From positions 27,156,001-27,220,000 of the forward strand of contig OZ024753.1 of the NCBI GenBank assembly GCA_964016885.1: 64,000 nt of DNA. The letters are read 5' to 3'. This DNA comes from Eledone cirrhosa. Lineage: Eukaryota. Below the pieces are notes generated by a model. It was not told the origin of the DNA, did no database searches, and saw only the letters and a list, made by a program, of their open reading frames with translations. Below, in pieces: positions 1 to 12,513 of this stretch (position 1 is the first letter of the stretch; each line of letters starts with the position of its first letter). Both the position numbers and the translations under genes were made by a program.

Positions 1-2332
1 TGGCATGAGATGTATAACTCTGTAGATGTGAACACTATACTCCAGAGCATCCTGGACTCAATATGGATAGCGTGTGCAGCATCGGTGCCACGTAAGCGGA
101 AAAATAACCACCCCAAAAGTGCAATTTGGGAAACTTCAGCGGTCCGACTTGCCAAGAAAGAACGTCGGAACGCTGAACGGGAATATAAACTGCATAAATC
201 AGATGCCAACAGAAAAAAGCGGAATAAATTTTCTAACCATCTCAAGCAAGTCACAAAGAAGGCAGTGCTTGAATTTGAACAGTGCATAGCAACCAATCCT
301 AACAGTAAGGTGTTCTGGAAATATGTTCATTCAAAGCAGAGACCTCACTCTCCAGTTGGTCCTTTTCGCAATCCCCACACAAGCCAGATCACTGACGATC
401 CCAAAGAATGCGCAGAACTCATTGCTGAGTGCTATGCAAGTATTTTTACTGTTGAAAACCAGAATGTACCATCTCCACCATCTCTAACATCAAATTCCAT
501 AACAACTATGGAATTTACACCTGCAATGTTGCGACGTCACCTTAAGAATAAGCGCAACTATGCCTCCCCTGGTCTTGATGGTGTTACATACCTGCTTCTC
601 AAACGTGGCGGGTATTTCCTTTTGCGCCAGCTTTCTTTCTCCTTTCAATACTGTCTCAACAATGGTGCTACTCCGGAGCAGTGGAAAACTGCCAGTGTCA
701 TTCCCCTGTTCAAAAAGGGCAACCGCATGTCACCTGTCAACTATCGTCCAGTCAGTCTTACTAGCTGTATGGCCAAACTGATGGAATCCTGTGTCAGAGA
801 AACACTTTGGAACTTCTGGAGCTCTCACAGCCTCATCCGGCCCTCACAGTTTGGATTTATCCCTAACTCCAGCTGCTGTGATCAGCTTATCGAGTTCCTT
901 GAAGACATCACCCGGATCACTGACAGCGGCTCATGGGTGGATGTTGTTTACCTTGACTTTGCTAAGGCTTTTAATTCTGTGCCACACAAAAGACTTATGG
1001 AAAAACTCTCTGCAATGGGTGTGAGGGATGATCTTTTCGACTGGTTGAAATCCTTCATTCTCAGCCGAAAAGAAGTAGTCACGGTTCTAGGACAGCATTC
1101 TTCACCATATGAGATGTCATCTGGTGTACCACAGGGATCTGTTCTTGGTCCCCTTTTGTTTGTGGCATATATTAATGACATAGATGCCAACTTACAGAAT
1201 GCCACGGTACTGAAATATGCAGATGACATCAAGCTGTACCTTGAAATCAAAAGGACTGATCCTGAAATCTACAACTCTTTCCTACAATCAGACCTGGGCA
1301 CAATGCAGCAATGGATCACAGACTGGCAACTGAAGCTGGCTGTGGACAAGTGTACCACCATGCATTTTGGGAGGAAAAATCCAGCGTCCACATACTCCCT
1401 CCACAACACTGATATCAAGAAGTCCTCTTGTGAACGTGACCTGGGCATTACTGTCAGCAGCGATTTGCGTTGGACAAAGCATGTTGTCAAGAAGGCCGAG
1501 GGTGTCTTGGCATCACTCAGCAAGACCTTTGTTAGTCGCTCTCCAGCCATCTATTTAAAACTGTATACAGCTATGGCACGACCACACTTGGAATTCGCAT
1601 CATCAGTCTGGAACCCCTATCTTGCTCAGAACATTGACCTCCTGGAAACTGTTCAGAGACGTGCAACCAAGCGCATACCCTCCATCAGACACCTACCATA
1701 CTCTGAACGCCTTGCTTCCCTGGGCATGGATTCATTGAAGCTCCGACGTCTGGCAATGGACTTGGTAAATACCCACAAAGTTATTAACCATCTCGCCAAT
1801 TGCAACCCTGAGCACCTTTTTGATCTCCATGTGTCTAACACAAGTGGACATGCCTACAAAGTCAGAAAACAACATAGCTCCCATGTCGTAGACATTTTTT
1901 CACGCTCAGAGTTGCTGAAGCATGGAACAAACTGCCTGCGTCAGTTGTTAGCTGCCGAGACACTGCATCCTTTAAGACACTCATGCTTCCCGAAATACGC
2001 CCAAACTACACCTGATGTACCCCTTCCATACACATGCACACATGTGTGTATCATGACTCGTGCACTGATCATTTTCCTGATTTTGTGCATTGCCCTATGT
2101 ACTGTACATGCACTTTTTGATGAGTTGTGGTGCACCTGGGCACTGTACACAATATTTCATTATTATTGTTATTATTATTATTATATCATGACTCATACAC
2201 TGTTCATTTTCCTGACATTTGTACATTATTCTATGTACTATACATGCACCTTTGATGAGTTGTAGTGCACCTGAGCACTGTACACAATAATTTCATTATT
2301 ATTTTCATTATTATTATTATTATTATTATTAT
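1..2332 (+). mobile_element. CR1/L2-group non-LTR retrotransposon, 3' two-thirds (5' part lies outside the window)
   Basis: RT ORF is open from the window start. It is followed by a short 3' UTR with a GTGC-acctgg-GCAC stem-loop and an (ATT)n tail, and the terminal ~135 bp is present twice (2051-2185, 2186-2332). Confidence 0.9.
10..2015 (+). pseudogene. CR1-type ORF2 reverse transcriptase with one frameshift near 1884
   Basis: Motifs SPGLDG, NYRPVSLTS, YLDFAKAF, GVPQGSVLGPLLF, YADD, ERDLG and LETVQRRATK. The typical C-terminus CRRHFFTLRVAEAWNKLP...NYT* is in another frame from 1884 to TGA at 2013-2015. Confidence 0.85.
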
Positions 2333-2845
2333 ATGTGTGTGTGTGTGTATATATAGTTAATAAATGAAATAAACAAAACACAGGAGGCAATTTTTACAGT
2401 TATATTAGGTTCACATATGGAAAGAGAGAGAGAGAGTGTGTGTTGTACTTTCATACATATATGTATTACATACATATATGTATATATAATCCGGTTTGAA
2501 TATGTCAACTAATCGAACACGGCCCAATGAATGTGCAACACAAGTTAAATGAATGACGAAGTACGGATGAACTGAAAGAAAAACTGGCCATTAGAATAGA
2601 AATGCGTGTGTGAAGACTTTCATGAAAACCCAGTCTAGAGGGAGGTAACCATGTTGTATGTATGGGTGTATGTATGGTGTGTGACAGTTAATGCGCGCGT
2701 GCGAGGTGGTGTAACAGGTTGTTGCCCTGTCGCAGATCAAAACTATTTGTTCACCAAATCCATTCAAAGAGTTTTGGTGTGTCTCGATCTTCAGGTTATC
2801 TCAATGACAACTTCCTAACAATACAGCCACGTTAAAATATATATA

Positions 2846-4860
2846 GTATTCGTGTTGCCTTGGCAGACGATAGGTATATATAGATATACCTGTAAACATA
2901 TGTATATATTTATGTATGTATATATAAATTATTGTCACTATAAGGGGAAAACACAGAGAGAGATAGACTTAAAGCTGTGTGAGAGAAAGGGCCAGCAAAA
3001 AGAGAGAAAGTATAGGCTGTGTGAGAGGGGAAAGAAAGAGAGAGAGAGGGAGTAAGACAGTAAGTAAAAGAGGAGGTGAGTTGAGACTTATGTTGCGAAT
3101 AAATGGAAGAAAACCAGACGACACAATATGAAATTTTAAACACGATATTAGATAAACATTTCTGTAAATAAGACAATAATTTACATATACATACATGCAT
3201 ACATAAATATATACATGTTTACAGGTATGTTTAGATACATATACACACATCATCTGCCAAGGCAACACGAATACTTTTAACGGAATTTCACGAAGTTTAG
3301 GTTTTCATTTTACGTCGTTATTTGTCTATATCTATGTTTTATTATAAAGTTGTGAATGTATGGCGAATATATTGATGTTTCATTGTCGAGTTTTATTTAT
3401 TCATTTATTTTGTTCGAGATATTTTTACTCGGTAGAGCGCCCAAGAAAGGACTTGGTGTTTTTCTGTATGTTTACAAATTTACCTCGCCATGACTAACAT
3501 TGATCTGATTTTGCACACCCGCAATGTTATTCGAGGAGAGAGAACGGAGAAGAGGTGGGGCGAGGTGGGAGTGTTTATATTTGTTTGGTGAGAGAGACAG
3601 AAAGGAAATAGTATGATGGTAGGAGGGGTAGTCTTTCAGTATGCTTACACAATTACGTCCCCTTTGATCGTAAAACTGATGTTATGGTGCACACCCGCAA
3701 TTTTTGGTGAGAGAGACAGAAAGGAGATAGCGTGGTGGAATGAGGGGGTCAGATGTAAAGACGGAGTGAGAGGGGTGCGTAAGAGAGAGAGAAGTGCAGT
3801 GAAAGAGTTAAGGCAGGGACAGGAAAGAAGAGACAAAGAGAGAGGGGGAAACGAAAAATAGAAAGAGAGTGAGTGACTATAGGAGGGAAACAATGAGAGA
3901 GAGAAAGAGACAGTGTGAAGGCTGTGGCAGAGAAGGAGCCGGGAAATAGTCTGTGCGAGAGGGGAAAGAAAGAAAGAGAGTAAGACAGTAAGTAAATGAA
4001 GGGAAGGTAGGTTGAGAGTTATGAGGTGATTAAATTGAAGAAAACCAGACGACACATTATGAAATATTAAACACGATATTAGATAAAATATTTTGTAAAT
4101 ACGACAATAATTTATATATACATATTTATATATGTAGACAAACACATCGTCTGCCAAGGCAACACGAATACTTTTAACGGAATTTCACGAAGTTTAAGTT
4201 TTGATTTTACTTCGTTATTTTTCCAAATCAATGTTTTATTATAAAGTTGTGAATGTATGGCGAATATATTGATGTTTCATTGTCGAGTTTTATTTATTCA
4301 TTTATTTTGTTCGAGATATTTTTACTCGGTAGAGCGCCCAAGAAAGGACTTGGTGTTTTTCTGTATGTTTACAAATTTACCTCGCCATGACTAACATTGA
4401 TCTGATTTTGCACACCCGCAATGTTATTCGAGGAGAGAGAACGGAGAAGAGGTGGGGCGAGGTGGGAGTGTTTATATTTGTTTGGTGAGAGAGACAGAAA
4501 GGAAATAGTATGATGGTAGGAGGGGTTGTCTTTCAGTATGCTTACACAATTACGTCCCCTTTGATCGTAAAACTGATGTTATGGTGCACACCCGCAATTT
4601 TTGGTGAGAGAGACAGAAAGGAGATAGCGTGGTGGAATGAGGGGGTCAGATGTAAAGACGGAGTGAGAGGGGTTGTAGGAGGGAGAGAAAGCCAGAGAAA
4701 TACAGAGCTGTAGATAGATATATAGAGAGAGTAAGAGACGACACATTATGAAATATTAAACACGATATTAGATAAACATTTTTGTAAATAAGACAATAAT
4801 TTATATATACATACATGCATACATACATAAATCTATACATATGTTTACATGTATATATAT
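2846..4860. repeat. Tandem array of a ~0.9-kb purine-rich unit (family A) with a short inverted copy at its left end
   Basis: The landmark CATC(A/G)TCTGCCAAGGCAACACGAATAC recurs at ~3250 and ~4146. Segment 2846-2937 is an inverted copy of ~3172-3274. Confidence 0.8.
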
Positions 4861-4906
4861 ATATATATAATATATAAGATCAAAAGATGGTTAAAAGAGT
4901 TCCATG

Positions 4907-4977
4907 TATTTTATTATGCGCATTTCAAAAACAAATATCATCATGCAATAATATTTGTGTTTTCATCAGATAAAATA
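4907..4977 (-). ncRNA. Type I hammerhead ribozyme (canonical core)
   Basis: Reverse complement of the 5417-5487 motif. Confidence 0.85.
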
Positions 4978-5416
4978 GGAAGACATGATATGAAGGTTAA
5001 AAAACACTTGTGAATAGTGCAGTTTTAAATCAACATATGAAAAGTAGTTTTAGATTGATGTGTGATATTGGGGAAAAAAAAATTTTGAGGGGGGTTGGGG
5101 TGGAAAGGATGAAAAAGAGGAGGAGATGAGAGAAAAAAGTGGAGGGGGAGGAGTATGTAAAACAATATATTTTTCTCAGTTATAAAAGCTATCTCTCTCT
5201 CTCTATCATCCATCTCTCCTCTTATCTCATCCTTCCTCATTATACTCCTCCCCCTCCACTTTTTACTCTCATTTGCTCCTCTTTTTCATCCTTTCCACCC
5301 CCCCCCTCAACATTTTTTCCCCCCAATATCACACATCAATCTAAAACTACTTTTCATATGTTGATTTAAAACTGCACTATTCACAAGTGTTTTTTAACCT
5401 TCATATCATGTCTTCC

Positions 5417-5487
5417 TATTTTATCTGATGAAAACACAAATATTATTGCATGATGATATTTGTTTTTGAAATGCGCATAATAAAATA
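5417..5487 (+). ncRNA. Type I hammerhead ribozyme (canonical core, AUA cleavage triplet)
   Basis: Stem I TATTTTAT/ATAAAATA, then CTGATGA, a long stem II (ACAAATATTAT/ATGATATTTGT), GAAA and palindromic stem III ATGCGCAT. Predicted cleavage after 5479. Confidence 0.85.
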
Positions 5488-5610
5488 CATGGAACTCTTT
5501 TAACCATCTTTTGATCTTATATATTATGTATACTCCAGTCCTACAAACTGTAGAGTGCTTCTTATCCGATATCTGCATTGCTTTATTGTACTACAATAAA
5601 ACTCACCTCC

Positions 5611-5689
<79 letters not shown>

Positions 5690-5780
5690 CGAAGGAAATG
5701 TGGTAAGGAACCAGGTGGACCATAACGCACCAAAGTACTCAATACTTGAAGTAGTAGAGTGGGTAATAGGAACCAGTAAG

Positions 5781-5874
5781 ACCCCGACGGCTGAGCTCAA
5801 GCCGTTTCGACGGCTAATTCTGGACTAAATGAAAATTTATCCTGGTATTTAAATAGCCGATCTTCTCAAGGGGT
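5781..5874 (-). ncRNA. Type I hammerhead ribozyme, U3-A8 core variant
   Basis: Reverse complement of the 7845-7938 motif. Confidence 0.8.
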
Positions 5875-6239
5875 AATTCCATATATGGTCAAAGTGATTG
5901 TCAAAAATCAGTAGTAATTCTGTGGTTGCAAATTAGTAGGGGAGATGGTGGCTAAACCTGCCAGTAGGAGAAAGAGGGGAGGGGGTGGAGTAGACCCAAT
6001 CAAGCGTTGGTAGTGCCAGCTACAGCTGGGCATGAGGTCAAAGAAGATACAGGGGAGGGGGAGGGGGAGGAAGTCGGAACGGTAGGTAGAACAATGGGGG
6101 GTAGAAATAGGAAAGAAAAAATACTGAGAGTGAAGAAAAGCAAATAAGTGTAAAGAAAAAAGTAAAGTAAATTAAATTCTACGACCTAGGTGTCAGGCTA
6201 TTGTTAGGCGAGAATAAAATAAAGAAAGAAAGAAAGAAG

Positions 6240-6274
<35 letters not shown>

Positions 6275-6988
6275 GGAAATAAGTAAGAGAACTAGGTGGG
6301 ACGGATAAGGCAAGGACCCTTTTAAGAGGTATAAGTACGTAAATGATACGGTGACGGGTCAACAAAAGGGGCCAAAATACTAAAGAGACTACCACGAAAT
6401 AAACAATAAAGGTTTCCATCCCGGGCCAGCAACGACCCAGTGCAGCAAAGTGAACTTGTACGAGATAATAATTCTGAGTCCCGAGAAAAATATATACTAA
6501 TGCTAACTCTAAAAGATCTAAAACAAGCTACATGAAAGTTCGTACGAAATAAAGGTAGAATACGGAGAAATAAATTAAGAATCCACCCCGTCCAGAAGAA
6601 AAGCGAAGCAAGAAATACTGAAACGAAAAAATAAGGCATAAGTGCCACTAAGAAATATAGAGGGCACAGAGAATAGTGGGAGCGGTCGGAAAAAGGGGGA
6701 AAGTATCCGGGGTCTAAGCCAACTGCTATAAAGGGCGGAGTCCGCCAAATCTATCAAAGACTAGGGGAGGGGGGGGGGGGTACTAAGGCTACATGGGGCC
6801 AAAGGGCAGCCTCGGGTGGGCGAGAAAAGACGCCGACAAAGGAGAAGAGCTGGGGTAGAAGGACAAAGGAGAGAGGGGGGAAGGAAATAAAGGAAGCGAT
6901 AAAAGAATACAAAGAAGATCTTACGTCTTCCTTGGCAAGCAGGGGTTACCCATTGCAAAATCGGCAAGTGGGGTGTTATAGCCCTAGT

Positions 6989-7438
6989 CTACCCCCCCCC
7001 CCCCGGGTCATTATGGGGTTTGAGGGCGAGGTAAGTCCTACGCAATCTATGTTTACATGCAGTAACCAGTTCATCTTTCTTGTTTAGGAGTTGGTCCGTC
7101 GAAAACAGCATTTGTAAAGTTTCCTCCGAGCATAAATTGCACGGACGGCGTCCTCCCGTGTAAGAATTGGCTCTGGACAGTAATCTCCAAGTGAGATCAT
7201 AGGTGATGTTGTTGTCCTTGAGGTCCCATATGTGGCCCGAAAGTGTAGTGGCGTGACGCCGGGCCGGGTTTCGGAAGGTATGTCTATGTTGGTATAGCCG
7301 GGTCTTGAAGTCACATGCGGTAAGTCCTATATAGGCTTTGTTGGAGGTATCCGTCCTCACGTTGCACTGGTAGATCACATTACGGTCTCTGCATCTATTG
7401 TCGAGTGGGCAAATAGATCTATCCGGGCAGTTACACCT
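6989..7438 (-). CDS. PLE C-terminal Cys-rich linker plus GIY-YIG endonuclease (5'-truncated)
   Basis: RCNCPDRSICPLDNRC-RDRNVIYQC...AYIGLT..FKTRLYQH...LSGHIWDLK...CNLCSEE...LLNKKDELVTACKH. Confidence 0.9.
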   Translation of the reverse strand, partial: RCNCPDRSICPLDNRCRDRNVIYQCNVRTDTSNKAYIGLTACDFKTRLYQHRHTFRNPARRHATTLSGHIWDLKDNNITYDLTWRLLSRANSYTGGRRPCNLCSEETLQMLFSTDQLLNKKDELVTACKHRLRRTYLALKPHNDPGGGG

Positions 7439-7844
7439 CCTTACTTATTTCCTTATTTATTTATTTATTTATTTATTTACTTCTTTCTTTCTTTCTTTAT
7501 TTTATTCTCGCCTAACAATAGCCTGACACCTAGGTCGTAGAATTTAATTTACTTTACTTTTTTCTTTACACTTATTTGCTTTTCTTCACTCTCAGTATTT
7601 TTTCTTTCCTATTTCTACCCCCCATTGTTCTACCTACCGTTCCGACTTCCTCCCCCTCCCCCTCCCCTGTATCTTCTTTGACCTCATGCCCAGCTGTAGC
7701 TGGCACTACCAACGCTTGATTGGGTCTACTCCACCCCCTCCCCTCTTTCTCCTACTGGCAGGTTTAGCCACCATCTCCCCTACTAATTTGCAACCACAGA
7801 ATTACTACTGATTTTTGACAATCACTTTGACCATATATGGAATT

Positions 7845-7938
7845 ACCCCTTGAGAAGATCGGCTATTTAAATACCAGGATAAATTTTCATTTAGTCCAGA
7901 ATTAGCCGTCGAAACGGCTTGAGCTCAGCCGTCGGGGT
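7845..7938 (+). ncRNA. Type I hammerhead ribozyme, U3-A8 core variant, GUC triplet
   Basis: Stem I ACCCC/GGGGT, core TTGAGAA, stem II GATCGGCTA...TAGCCGTC with a large insert, GAAA and stem III CGGCT-tgagctc-AGCCG. GTC cleavage predicted after 7933. Confidence 0.8.
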
Positions 7939-7974
7939 CTTACTGGTTCCTATATATATATATATATATATATA

Positions 7975-8919
7975 AACACACATCACACATCGTCTGCCAA
8001 GGCAACACGAATACTTTTAACGGAATTTCGCGCAGTTTAGGTTTTCATTTTACTTCGTTATTTTTCCAAATCAATGTTTTATTATAAAGTTGTGAATGTA
8101 ATTATGGCGAATATATAGATGTTTTTTAATCGAGTTTTATTAATTTATTTTGTTCGATATATTTTTACCTGGTAGAGCGCCCAAGTAGGGACTTGTTGTT
8201 CTGTATGTTTACAATATTACTTCGCCATGACTAACATTGATCTGATTTTGCACACCCGCAATGTTATTCGAGGAGAGAGAACGGAGAAGCGAGTGTTTAT
8301 GTTGGTTGGTGAGAGGGAGAGGAGGAGATAGTGAGGTGGTAGGATGAGGTCAGATGTGAAGACAGAGAGAGGGTGAGGAAGTAAGCAGCGAAATACAGAG
8401 GAGCTTCAGATAGATAGATAGAGAGAGAGATTTTGAGGTAATAGGAGGTTAGGTAGAGAGAGAAGAAAAAGAAGAAGAAAGAGAGAAAGGAGAAAGAGAA
8501 TGAGGGATTTGAGAATGAGAGAGAGAACGAGAGTGAAGTAGAAAGTGCCGAGTAAGAGAGAGGGGGAAACAAAGAGTGAGAGATAGCGTATAGCAGAGAA
8601 ACAGCGACAGAAAGAAAGAGACAAAGATGTAAGGGTAAAAGAGAGAGAGACAGAGTAAAGTCTGTGTGAGAGAGGGGGCGGCAAAAAGAGAGATAAAGTA
8701 TAATCTGTGTGAGAGGGAAAAGAAAGAAAGAGAGAGAGAGTAAGACAGTAAGTAAATGAAGGGGAGGTAGGTGGGTTGAGAGTTATGAGGTGATTAAATC
8801 GAAGAAAACCAGACGACACATTATGAAATATTAAACACGATATTAGATAAACATTTTTGTAAATAAGAAAATAATTTATATATACATACATGCGTTCATA
8901 AATCTATACATATGTTTAC

Positions 8920-8925
<6 letters not shown>
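7975..8925. repeat. Further family A unit
   Basis: Homologous to ~3247-4143. Confidence 0.8.
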
Positions 8926-8986
<61 letters not shown>

Positions 8987-9011
8987 TGTAATAAACAACA
9001 TAAGGCAATTA

Positions 9012-9071
9012 TTCCATTTACCAGTGGTTTCTTAAAAGCAAAAAATTTTGCTTTCAATCATCAGAATGAAA
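9012..9071 (-). ncRNA. Type I hammerhead ribozyme (family B)
   Basis: Reverse complement of the 11584-11643 motif, with the core intact. Confidence 0.85.
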
Positions 9072-9231
9072 AAATCCTGGTCTATTTATTGATATTGGAT
9101 TCTAAAAACAAATTTGCAATCTATATGAAAGTGAGGCTGGAGAAGGAAGAAGGAAAGGAAAAATAAAATAAAAACACACATGCAAACACACACACACACA
9201 ATTATATACATACACACACACACACACACAT

Positions 9232-9322
9232 ATCTATCTATCTAAGGCGGGTAAAATTCCCGAGATCCATGGACGAGTTCTCTCCAGCGGTCTCTGTCCC
9301 TCATTATCGCTGCCATGTCCTT
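9232..9322 (-). mobile_element. Extreme 3' end of an RTE-type LINE with a (GATA)n tail
   Basis: Minus strand reads DMAAIMRDRDRWRELVHGSREFYPP* (DRxxWR terminal motif), then TAGATAGATAGATA. Confidence 0.5.
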
Positions 9323-9569
9323 ATATATATATATATATAGTAGAATAATCGAGAATCGGAAAGACAGCTTATGAATTTGCGATAAACAAATCCGATATGC
9401 GTAGCAGAGGGCTCAATAATTTGGGTAAATCAGAGCTATAACTATCGTTAAAATGCTAACACATAGAGATCATGTCTAAAATCACCCAACAGCCGAAAGA
9501 ACGACCAGGAAGATTCGGGTTAACTCAAATAAAATATCAATAAATCAATAAATTAAATGAATATAAAAA

Positions 9570-9633
<64 letters not shown>

Positions 9634-9818
9634 CATACATACACTCATACATACACACACACACACATATACACATATATGTGTGTATATATATACACAC
9701 ATACATATACATATACACATACATACATACACACATAAGTATCAACATATCCATACATACACATACATATATACAACCACACACACATATATACACACAT
9801 ATATATATATATATAAAG

Positions 9819-9879
<61 letters not shown>

Positions 9880-10309
9880 TACACATACACATACATAGCC
9901 ATACACACATACATATACATACATACATACACACAATCATACCTATATACACACGTACATACATACACATACATAAATGCATACATATGCATGCACAAAA
10001 TTAGAAAAATATACACACACCTCTATGTATTCACACACGCAAATAAATATAAGAAAAAATATATATAAAAAATAATAAAAGAAAATAAAGACTGTTATAA
10101 AGTTGACAGCGATACAGGCAACAAATAAATGAATAAACACACGTGGTAAGCAATACACACAAATGCACGTACACATACATACGTAAAAATAAATACATAC
10201 ACACACTCTTACACATAAATATACATATACAAATACATAAACACATACATACACATACACAAATACATACACAAACACACATACATACATACACACACAC
10301 ATACATACG

Positions 10310-10363
<54 letters not shown>

Positions 10364-10576
10364 TATATATATATATACACACACAAAATACATAGCCATA
10401 CAATTATACACATACAAATACGTACATATCACAAACACGCACAACCAAATACAAACACACACACATATATATGTGTGTAAAACTCAATCTTAGATAATTC
10501 ATATGAACCTTATTTAACTCCAAAATATACATATACATATATATATAGTTATGTAATAAACAACATAAGGCAATTA

Positions 10577-10636
10577 TTCCATTTACCAGTGGTTTCTTAA
10601 AAGCAAAAAATTTTGCTTTCAATCATCAGAATGAAA
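10577..10636 (-). ncRNA. Type I hammerhead ribozyme (family B, extra short copy)
   Basis: Matches 9012-9071 and lies in a ~105-bp copy (10546-10650) embedded in TA repeats. Confidence 0.85.
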
Positions 10637-11392
10637 AAATCCTGGTCTATCTATATATATATATACACACGCACATATATATATATATATATACACATAC
10701 ACATACATACACATACATTTTGGTATGTGAAGGGTAAGGCAAAAAAAAATAGGGGGGAAAAGGAGGGGTGAAAAATGACATAGAAAAAGGTTAAATATAA
10801 GGGGAGATAAGGGAGAAAGAGAATACAAGAGTACAGAACGTGGATTCAGCAGGTAAAAAAACCGTAGTAGAAGTAAAGAGCAGGAAAGGAGTTCAAGGCG
10901 GTTGAGTTATCATGTGTATTGCTTACCACGTGTGTTTATTCATTTATTTGTTGCCTGTATCGCTGTCAACTTTATAACAGTCTTTATTTTCTTTTATTAT
11001 TTTTTATATATATTTTTTCTTATATTTATTTGCGTGTGTGAATACATAGAGGTGTGTGTATATTTTTCTAATTTTGTGCATGCATATGTATGCATTTATG
11101 TATGTGTATGTATGTACGTGTGTATATAGGTATGATTGTGTGTATGTATGTATGTATGTATATGTATGTGTGTATGGCTATGTATGTGTATGCATATATA
11201 TATATATTTATATATATATATATATATATATTTCTATTTCTATATATATGTGTGTATATATGTGTGTGTGGTTGTATATATGTATGTGTATGTATGGATA
11301 TGTTGATACTTATGTGTGTATGTATGTGTATGTGTATGTGTGCATATATATACACATATATATGTGTATATGTGTGTGTGTAGGTATAAGTG

Positions 11393-11437
<45 letters not shown>

Positions 11438-11583
11438 ATGTATATAATTGTGTGTGTGTGTGTGTGTGTTTGCATGTGTGTTTTTATTTTATTTTTCCTT
11501 TCCTTCTTCCTTCTCCAGCCTCACTTTCATATAGATTGCAAATTTGTTTTTAGAATCCAATATCAATAAATAGACCAGGAGTT

Positions 11584-11643
11584 TTTCATTCTGATGATTG
11601 AAAGCAACATTTTTTGCTTTTAAGAAACCACTGGTAAATGGAA
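11584..11643 (+). ncRNA. Type I hammerhead ribozyme (canonical core, GUA triplet)
   Basis: Stem I TTTCATT/AATGGAA, CTGATGA, stem II TTGAAAGCAA/TTGCTTTTAA, GAAA and stem III CC-act-GG. GTA cleavage predicted after 11636. Confidence 0.88.
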
Positions 11644-11748
11644 TAATTGCCTTATGTTGTTTATTACATAACTATTAAGCTCTATTACCTACATAGAGCA
11701 CTCTTTTTTCCTGGACTTTTCCGACGGAATTACTTCATTTACACACAC

Positions 11749-11770
<22 letters not shown>

Positions 11771-11779
<9 letters not shown>

Positions 11780-11930
11780 TCGTCTGCCAAGGCAACAACG
11801 AATACTTTTAACGGAATTTCACGAAGCTTAGGTTTTTATTTTACCCTTAGTTCGTTATTTTTCCTTATCAATGCTTTATTATAAAGTTGTAAATGTAATT
11901 ATAGCGAATATATTGATGTTTCATAGTCGT
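11771..11930. repeat. Partial family A unit
   Basis: CATCGTCTGCCAAGGCAACAACGAATACTTTTAACGGAATTTCACGAAG, as at 3250, 4146 and 7988. Confidence 0.75.
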
Positions 11931-12268
11931 CTTACAGTGGTACAGGTCTACGCACCAACAACGGATTATGAGGACGATCAGGTGGAGAAATTCTACAGGA
12001 CATTATCAACAAGGTTTATAAGAAATATATCCTTATCATAGAGGGAGACTGGAATTCCAATGTGGGTGAGGATGCATTGAAAGACTGGTGAGAATTCTGT
12101 GGACCTTCCTGTAATGTTGTAACGAACGAGCGAAGCCTACGCATGCTTGAATTTTCTAGTTACAATTGCTAACATGGTTGGTTAGCACAAGGCATCACAG
12201 TGCTGAACCTGGCACAGCCCCAATGGAACACATTACCAGATCGACTACATGATAGTGACGAACCGGTG
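11931..12268 (+). pseudogene. RTE-clade APE endonuclease fragment
   Basis: LTVVQVYAPTTDYEDDQVEKFY ... EGDWNSNVG ... TWHSPNG ... QIDYMI, with stops and frameshifts. Confidence 0.8.
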
Positions 12269-12456
12269 TTTGATGTTCTTACCAGAATCTGCAACAATGG
12301 AATTTAATCCATGGGATGCTACTCAGTTAAGTCACTCAACAAAGTTTCATTACAAGTAGTTTCCCGAACATAATTTTAATAAAATTTATGCAGTTCTTAT
12401 GGAAGCCTATGTGTATGTCGGCATACAACCGTGTATATGTATGTACATACACACAC

Positions 12457-12513
<57 letters not shown>

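Larger units (their letters stand above)
4868..5613. mobile_element. Non-coding foldback element with an HHR in each arm (PLE pLTR-like)
   Basis: Inverted arms 4868-5156 and 5242-5526. The right arm continues to 5613, and both ends abut (TA)n. Confidence 0.8.
5688..7953 (-). mobile_element. 5'-truncated Penelope-like retroelement (Naiad-like) with an inverted pLTR copy
   Basis: GIY-YIG ORF on the minus strand with a long 3' UTR. Near-identical inverted arms at 5766-6287 and 7440-7953 each carry an HHR, and both ends lie in (TA)n. Confidence 0.9.
8981..11749. mobile_element. Microsatellite-rich non-coding foldback element with HHRs (family B)
   Basis: Inverted arms 8981-10159 and 10913-11675, with the right arm extending to ~11749. 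It holds three HHR copies and is flanked by (TA)n. Confidence 0.8.

Noticed and set aside
1884-2265. Hydrophobic, TM-like C-terminal extension of the 751-aa ORF
   Set aside because: It is frameshift read-through into the 3' UTR. The real CR1 C-terminus is in another frame.
2864-2906. CAGACGA-hairpin-TAAA-CATATG-TA, hammerhead-like, in family A
   Set aside because: It lacks G12 (TAAA rather than GAAA), has no stem I, and is not conserved in the other units.
6989-7438. Selenocysteine recoding, as reported for some Naiad PLEs
   Set aside because: All zinc-ligand positions are ordinary Cys codons and the fragment has no in-frame TGA.
9012-10636. Two same-strand HHRs 1565 bp apart, read as a retrozyme monomer
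   Set aside because: The collinear copy at ~27420 has no HHR at the equivalent place, so 10546-10650 is better explained as a separate short insertion.
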